DNA of 64,000 bases from Deltaproteobacteria bacterium CG11_big_fil_rev_8_21_14_0_20_47_16 (GTDB lineage: Bacteria; UBA10199; GCA-002796325; 1-14-0-20-47-16), in contig PCXA01000006.1 in assembly GCA_002796325.1 (NCBI GenBank), positions 970-64,969 on the forward strand, written 5' to 3'. Made by a program: the position numbers and the translations under genes. This document shows positions 59,790 to 64,000 of this stretch, one piece after another. How positions within the stretch are numbered: the stretch's first letter is position 1; the number at the start of each line of letters is the position of its first letter. The notes under the pieces were generated by a model. The model was not told where the DNA came from. It saw only the letters and a program-made list of their open reading frames with translations, and ran no database searches.

Positions 59790-61451
59790 TTAGCGGGTAC
59801 GAATCAAAACGGCCTGTAAATTGGCGCTACTGCTACCTGTAATGGTCAGCGGATCAGACTGCGCTGAAAGACTGTAGTATGCGGTACCTGTTGGAGCCAA
59901 AGTTACACCACTACTACCACTAAAACTGCTCACGGAGGGACCATCCAAAACTGTACCGCGTCCATCATCTGCAATACACTGCAGACAAACACCATCCCAT
60001 TGGCTAGTCGTTGAATTATAGGTGCGATCTTTGAACACATAGCGCGAATCGCTAATGATGCCGGCATTGGTCATTCCAACCGCCACTGCCCATCTCATAA
60101 AGAACTCTTCAAATTGGTCAAAACTAGAATCCGTTCCTGCAAACGCATTTTCAATATTATCCACTTCCGTTTTATCGGTGCCCACAAGACGTGCTAAAAA
60201 CGCATTACCATCACTACTTTGTTCATATAAAAATCGGATGAACAAGAATGAAGCACCACGTTGCTTCAGATTGGCCGAGCTTCCAGAAACTAATGATGTT
60301 GTTGCGGTGGCATTCAAGAACAGATCCACACGGGATGGATTTTCCTGACAATAGCCCGTCACGCATTCCATGTTATGAGACAGTGCTTCATTCAACCATG
60401 TCCGCTCTGGACTACCACCGCGCAGTAACACGTGTTGGTTGTAGCTAATGGCATGCTGAATTTCATGAGGCAACACAGCGTTGAGCAAATTGTTTAAGGC
60501 AAATGACTTACTAATTGCTGAACCATATTCGCCACTAGGATCTGGCACTAAAGCGAAAACAATTTCCTGCTCATTGCTCACAGGGTTACTACCAGTACGG
60601 GGATACAAATCTGCTGCGTAGAAGAATCCTGTGACAATACCACCACCTTGGCCACCCAAGCGATTTACACGGTCGGTCAATAAAAATGTAAGGCGTCCAT
60701 CGCCATTAATGTCAGATGCATCGCCTAATACAGCAACATCAATAGCAGCAGAACTTTCAGATATGGTACAAAGGTCTTGTAACTCTTGGGCTGTGAAAAT
60801 ATCACCATCATTATTGTCCAATGCCACAACCAAATGGTCTGTCACACATACAACAGTTGCTGTAATGTCAGCATATGAGGTTGTTGATGTAAGAGAAGCT
60901 AAAACACGAAAGCTTTCCTGATCGCCAACTGTGGTTACAGATGACAATGTCTTGGCCACAGACTTGCCAACCCCACGACTGCCACCTTCAACAGGAACTT
61001 CATTTATAGCCAGATCTTCCTCATTGAAGCGTAAAAATGTATCAAAAGCATCGCCCACATCCGTACTTATTTCATTCGTAGAGATGTCTAATGCCTTTGC
61101 CATTGAATCAAAATCCTCGACAGAAACATCACCCAACGTCACTGAACTGGATCCGCCGCTGGTATTGGTTGATTGAACTACCAGTTCGTATTGGGAAGAC
61201 GATGATGCATCAGTAAAATCGATTGTTGCATTTCCTTCGCTGAAAGTGACGGGATAAATGTCACCTACATTCAACTCAGACACTTTCGTTGTACTCGAGA
61301 CAGTCCCGTTCTGGATTGTTGTGGACTCAGAACTGGTACTCGCCGCATCGCCACCACTCGAGGAACCGCAAGCAGTCAGGGCTATTGCCACCAAACCTGT
61401 CATTCCCAAGGTCCGGATGGTTTTACTTAATTTGGCAAATCCCAGTACCAT
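59790..61451 (-). CDS. Lipoprotein zinc metallopeptidase (gluzincin, M30-like)
   Basis: Lipobox LTAC, HEIQH, WLNEALSH. Confidence 0.8.
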   Translation of the reverse strand: MVLGFAKLSKTIRTLGMTGLVAIALTACGSSSGGDAASTSSESTTIQNGTVSSTTKVSELNVGDIYPVTFSEGNATIDFTDASSSSQYELVVQSTNTSGGSSSVTLGDVSVEDFDSMAKALDISTNEISTDVGDAFDTFLRFNEEDLAINEVPVEGGSRGVGKSVAKTLSSVTTVGDQESFRVLASLTSTTSYADITATVVCVTDHLVVALDNNDGDIFTAQELQDLCTISESSAAIDVAVLGDASDINGDGRLTFLLTDRVNRLGGQGGGIVTGFFYAADLYPRTGSNPVSNEQEIVFALVPDPSGEYGSAISKSFALNNLLNAVLPHEIQHAISYNQHVLLRGGSPERTWLNEALSHNMECVTGYCQENPSRVDLFLNATATTSLVSGSSANLKQRGASFLFIRFLYEQSSDGNAFLARLVGTDKTEVDNIENAFAGTDSSFDQFEEFFMRWAVAVGMTNAGIISDSRYVFKDRTYNSTTSQWDGVCLQCIADDGRGTVLDGPSVSSFSGSSGVTLAPTGTAYYSLSAQSDPLTITGSSSANLQAVLIRTR

Positions 61452-61478
61452 AGCTCCCCCTTCTGGGGACTATGGAAA

Positions 61479-61494
61479 AGCAACGGTTGTGCCA
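61479..61494 (-). promoter_or_regulatory. sigma54 (-24/-12) promoter
   Basis: TGGCACAACCGTTGCT. Confidence 0.8.
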
Positions 61495-61689
61495 GCCAAA
61501 GAATTACTCGTTTTTGGAATTTTCAATTTCAAATACAGTGACTTAAGATCACATATTTACCACACATTAGCGCCAGACCTTTGTCAGTTACGTGGGCTTC
61601 CACCCACTTTCGGGATGGAAGTCACGTAACCCTTTGATTTTTATAATTATGCTACTGAAAGGCGGCACACCCACCGTGTCAAAAACCAC

Positions 61690-63351
61690 CTACTTAACAC
61701 GCACTACCACGGCACCAAAATTACCCGTACCTCTGCTATATAAGCTAATTTCAGAAGGAGCGCTTGTGACGCGATAGAATTGAGAACCGCCTGGCATAAC
61801 ATTCGACGATGTATAGCCACGATATGTGGCAGGAACGATACCGGTTATCTGAGTACCACGTCCATCATCCGCATCTCCGAGCAGTGTCACACCTTCCCAG
61901 TTATTGGTTTCTGAATTACGGGTACGATCTTGGTAGCTGAAGCGTGGATCCTTACTCAGCCCCTGACTTCCCAGAGCCAGCGTGGCCACCCAGCGAAGAT
62001 AAAACTCACCGAATTGATCAAAACTCGCATCCTTACTATCAAAAGCTGACTCAATATTACCGGCACCCTTTTGATCAGTATTCAGCAGACGTGTTACAAA
62101 ACTTGTGCTTCCACTCTGCTCCATAAGATAGCGCAGGAAAAGATAACTCGCACCACGCGTACCCAGATTTGGGGATCCACCAGAAAAGAGACCATAGTTT
62201 GCAGGGTGCGCCAGGAATGTTTCATATCGCGCATAATTCTCGCGACCTTCACCAAAGAGATCTTCGCTCAGGTGAGAGAGTCCTTCGTTAAACACAGGCT
62301 CTTCAGGTGAGCCACCATGAATCAGCACATGTTGGTTATAACTAATCGCATGTTGAAATTCATGAATCAGAACAGATGGCAGTAGGTTTTCCATGGCAAA
62401 GTCTCTTGGAACGGTTTGACCATAAACAGCTGAACCATCTGGAACCAGGGTATAAATAATCTCCATACCGGGGTCATAGAGATTGGCAGCATAGAAGAAG
62501 CCTGTGATGAGGCCACCGAGAGCGGCACCCATTTTGTTAATTTGTGGGGTCATCAGCACATTCAGGTGACCATTACCATCCACATCGGATTCACTTCCAA
62601 AGATAGCGCGTTCTTGTGGCACACGACGATCAAAGGTGTCACACAGTAACTGAACATCACTGTCTGGAAGGTCCGAGGCCGTCTTAGAAGCCACTTCGTT
62701 ATCCACATAGAAGATTACATTCTGTCCAATGCACTTCGCAGTCGCTGTAACAGTTGTTGTACCAGTATTTCCCAGACTGGAAAGCACGTTGAACCGGGCT
62801 TGATCCCCAACCTGTGGTACAGCTGAAGATGCCGACGCTGCAGCAACCGATTTAGAAGCACTCACAACTGAATCATCATGATCTTCGGAAGCCGTGATCT
62901 CTTCTTGAAAACGCAGCTCCTCATGAAAACGAGCAGCCACATCTGAAAGTGCAATCTCATTCTCATGATCAGCAACTTCTTCATCCACATTCGCTGACAC
63001 GCTCTTTGCCAGAACTTCACTTTCGCTACTCGCCAGTTGCATATTACTACTGGAGCCACTGGTATTCAGATTGGACACCGCCAGAATATATTCTGCCCCT
63101 TCTGGCACATCCGACATATCCAGTGTCATGGGCTGACTACCTGCAAATGCCACTTGGTACACATCACCAACCCCAAGCTCCTTTACTGAATTGACAGTGT
63201 TACTCACAGAAACAGGATCGGTTGCTGCTGTGTTGGTGGCGCTTAGTGAATTGCTAGGGGAATTGTCATTCATGGAACCACAAGCTGATATGAAAATTAC
63301 CCATGCAACCGCAAATAGCTGTTTATATGGTATTTTTTGTTGTGGTTTCAT
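61690..63351 (-). CDS. Lipoprotein zinc metallopeptidase (paralog)
   Basis: Lipobox ISAC, HEFQH, FNEGLSH; collinear with neighbour. Confidence 0.8.
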   Translation of the reverse strand: MKPQQKIPYKQLFAVAWVIFISACGSMNDNSPSNSLSATNTAATDPVSVSNTVNSVKELGVGDVYQVAFAGSQPMTLDMSDVPEGAEYILAVSNLNTSGSSSNMQLASSESEVLAKSVSANVDEEVADHENEIALSDVAARFHEELRFQEEITASEDHDDSVVSASKSVAAASASSAVPQVGDQARFNVLSSLGNTGTTTVTATAKCIGQNVIFYVDNEVASKTASDLPDSDVQLLCDTFDRRVPQERAIFGSESDVDGNGHLNVLMTPQINKMGAALGGLITGFFYAANLYDPGMEIIYTLVPDGSAVYGQTVPRDFAMENLLPSVLIHEFQHAISYNQHVLIHGGSPEEPVFNEGLSHLSEDLFGEGRENYARYETFLAHPANYGLFSGGSPNLGTRGASYLFLRYLMEQSGSTSFVTRLLNTDQKGAGNIESAFDSKDASFDQFGEFYLRWVATLALGSQGLSKDPRFSYQDRTRNSETNNWEGVTLLGDADDGRGTQITGIVPATYRGYTSSNVMPGGSQFYRVTSAPSEISLYSRGTGNFGAVVVRVK

Positions 63352-63379
63352 TTGACTCTCCCTTGTTACTGGGAGAGAT

Positions 63380-63395
63380 TGCAACAGGCGGGCCA
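63380..63395 (-). promoter_or_regulatory. sigma54 (-24/-12) promoter
   Basis: TGGCCCGCCTGTTGCA. Confidence 0.75.
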
Positions 63396-63605
63396 AACTG
63401 AAACCACAGGCAAATTTTATTAAATTACATTATTTTACATATACTTATACAAAATTCTCCATTCAATAACCTCAAATCATCTTGGTAATATTTTAGCATA
63501 GAAACACAAAACACTCTCATTTTGAGAATGACAATGTAACCTATTGAAAAACATAGGTCAATTTTTTGACACTTATATGATGTAAAAGTGAAAGCTTACC
63601 CGGAA

Positions 63606-64000
63606 CTATTCGCGGGGTACGATATGAATGGTATACTTCTTAGAAGAACTTTGAAAAATAGCTTCGCGAAACGTCTCTAAATTCACACTATCTGGGAACA
63701 TCAGATCAATGGTTGTGGATTCCGCGATGCGCACCATCAAAGGATATTCAATCATTTGGCGTAACCGTTGCGGTAGCTTTGCCCACACCTTGGGATTTTC
63801 ATCACGCATCATCAGAATAGCACGATGACGTCCTTTATTACTATCGACCACCCACCACTTGTCCGCCAATGGATCCATTTGCAGATATTCTAGAGAGTTA
63901 TTGGTAATTGCGACCGTTAGGATTTTGTAGCCCGGAATAATGTTATCGAGTCGTGAGTCGTATGCCACTTCAAATCCCATATTGAGCGATGGGGAGCTCG
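63606..64000 (-). CDS. Hypothetical protein, probably 5'-truncated by window edge
   Basis: Frame stays open from ATG 63980 to window end. Confidence 0.65.
   Translation of the reverse strand, partial: SSPSLNMGFEVAYDSRLDNIIPGYKILTVAITNNSLEYLQMDPLADKWWVVDSNKGRHRAILMMRDENPKVWAKLPQRLRQMIEYPLMVRIAESTTIDLMFPDSVNLETFREAIFQSSSKKYTIHIVPRE

Overview
Bacterial chromosomal window (moderate GC; the gene set with sigma54 activator, RCC1-repeat protein, TatD-radical SAM fusion and two lgt genes suggests a deltaproteobacteria-like lineage, taxonomy not proven). It is mostly housekeeping genes (ilvC, gltX, fumC, lysA, queE, tRNA-Gln, glnA, aconitase, gyrA, HU, suhB, comF, gpmI, corA, obgE, rpmA, rplU, RNase E/G, rimO, lspA, ileS, two lgt) interleaved with large orphan genes. 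Main observations: (1) seven copies of a sigma28/FliA-geometry promoter with a non-canonical -35 (GCAAC-N15/16-(C/A/T)CGATA), mostly in front of non-flagellar orphan genes (amidoligase-like protein, two ~900-aa membrane-segment proteins, RCC1-repeat protein, possibly a SelO-like enzyme), a candidate co-regulated effector regulon; (2) a structured palindromic element present twice, in the same reading frame, at the 5' ends of two nuclease genes; (3) five sigma54 promoters on peptidase/exported-protein genes, two with a shared tandem upstream site, next to an FHA-domain sigma54 activator; (4) queE lacking a canonical start codon and carrying a CX3CX12C motif; (5) a small structured element bounded by a duplication of the tRNA-Gln 3' end. 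All calls are from visual motif reading; no database searches were run.
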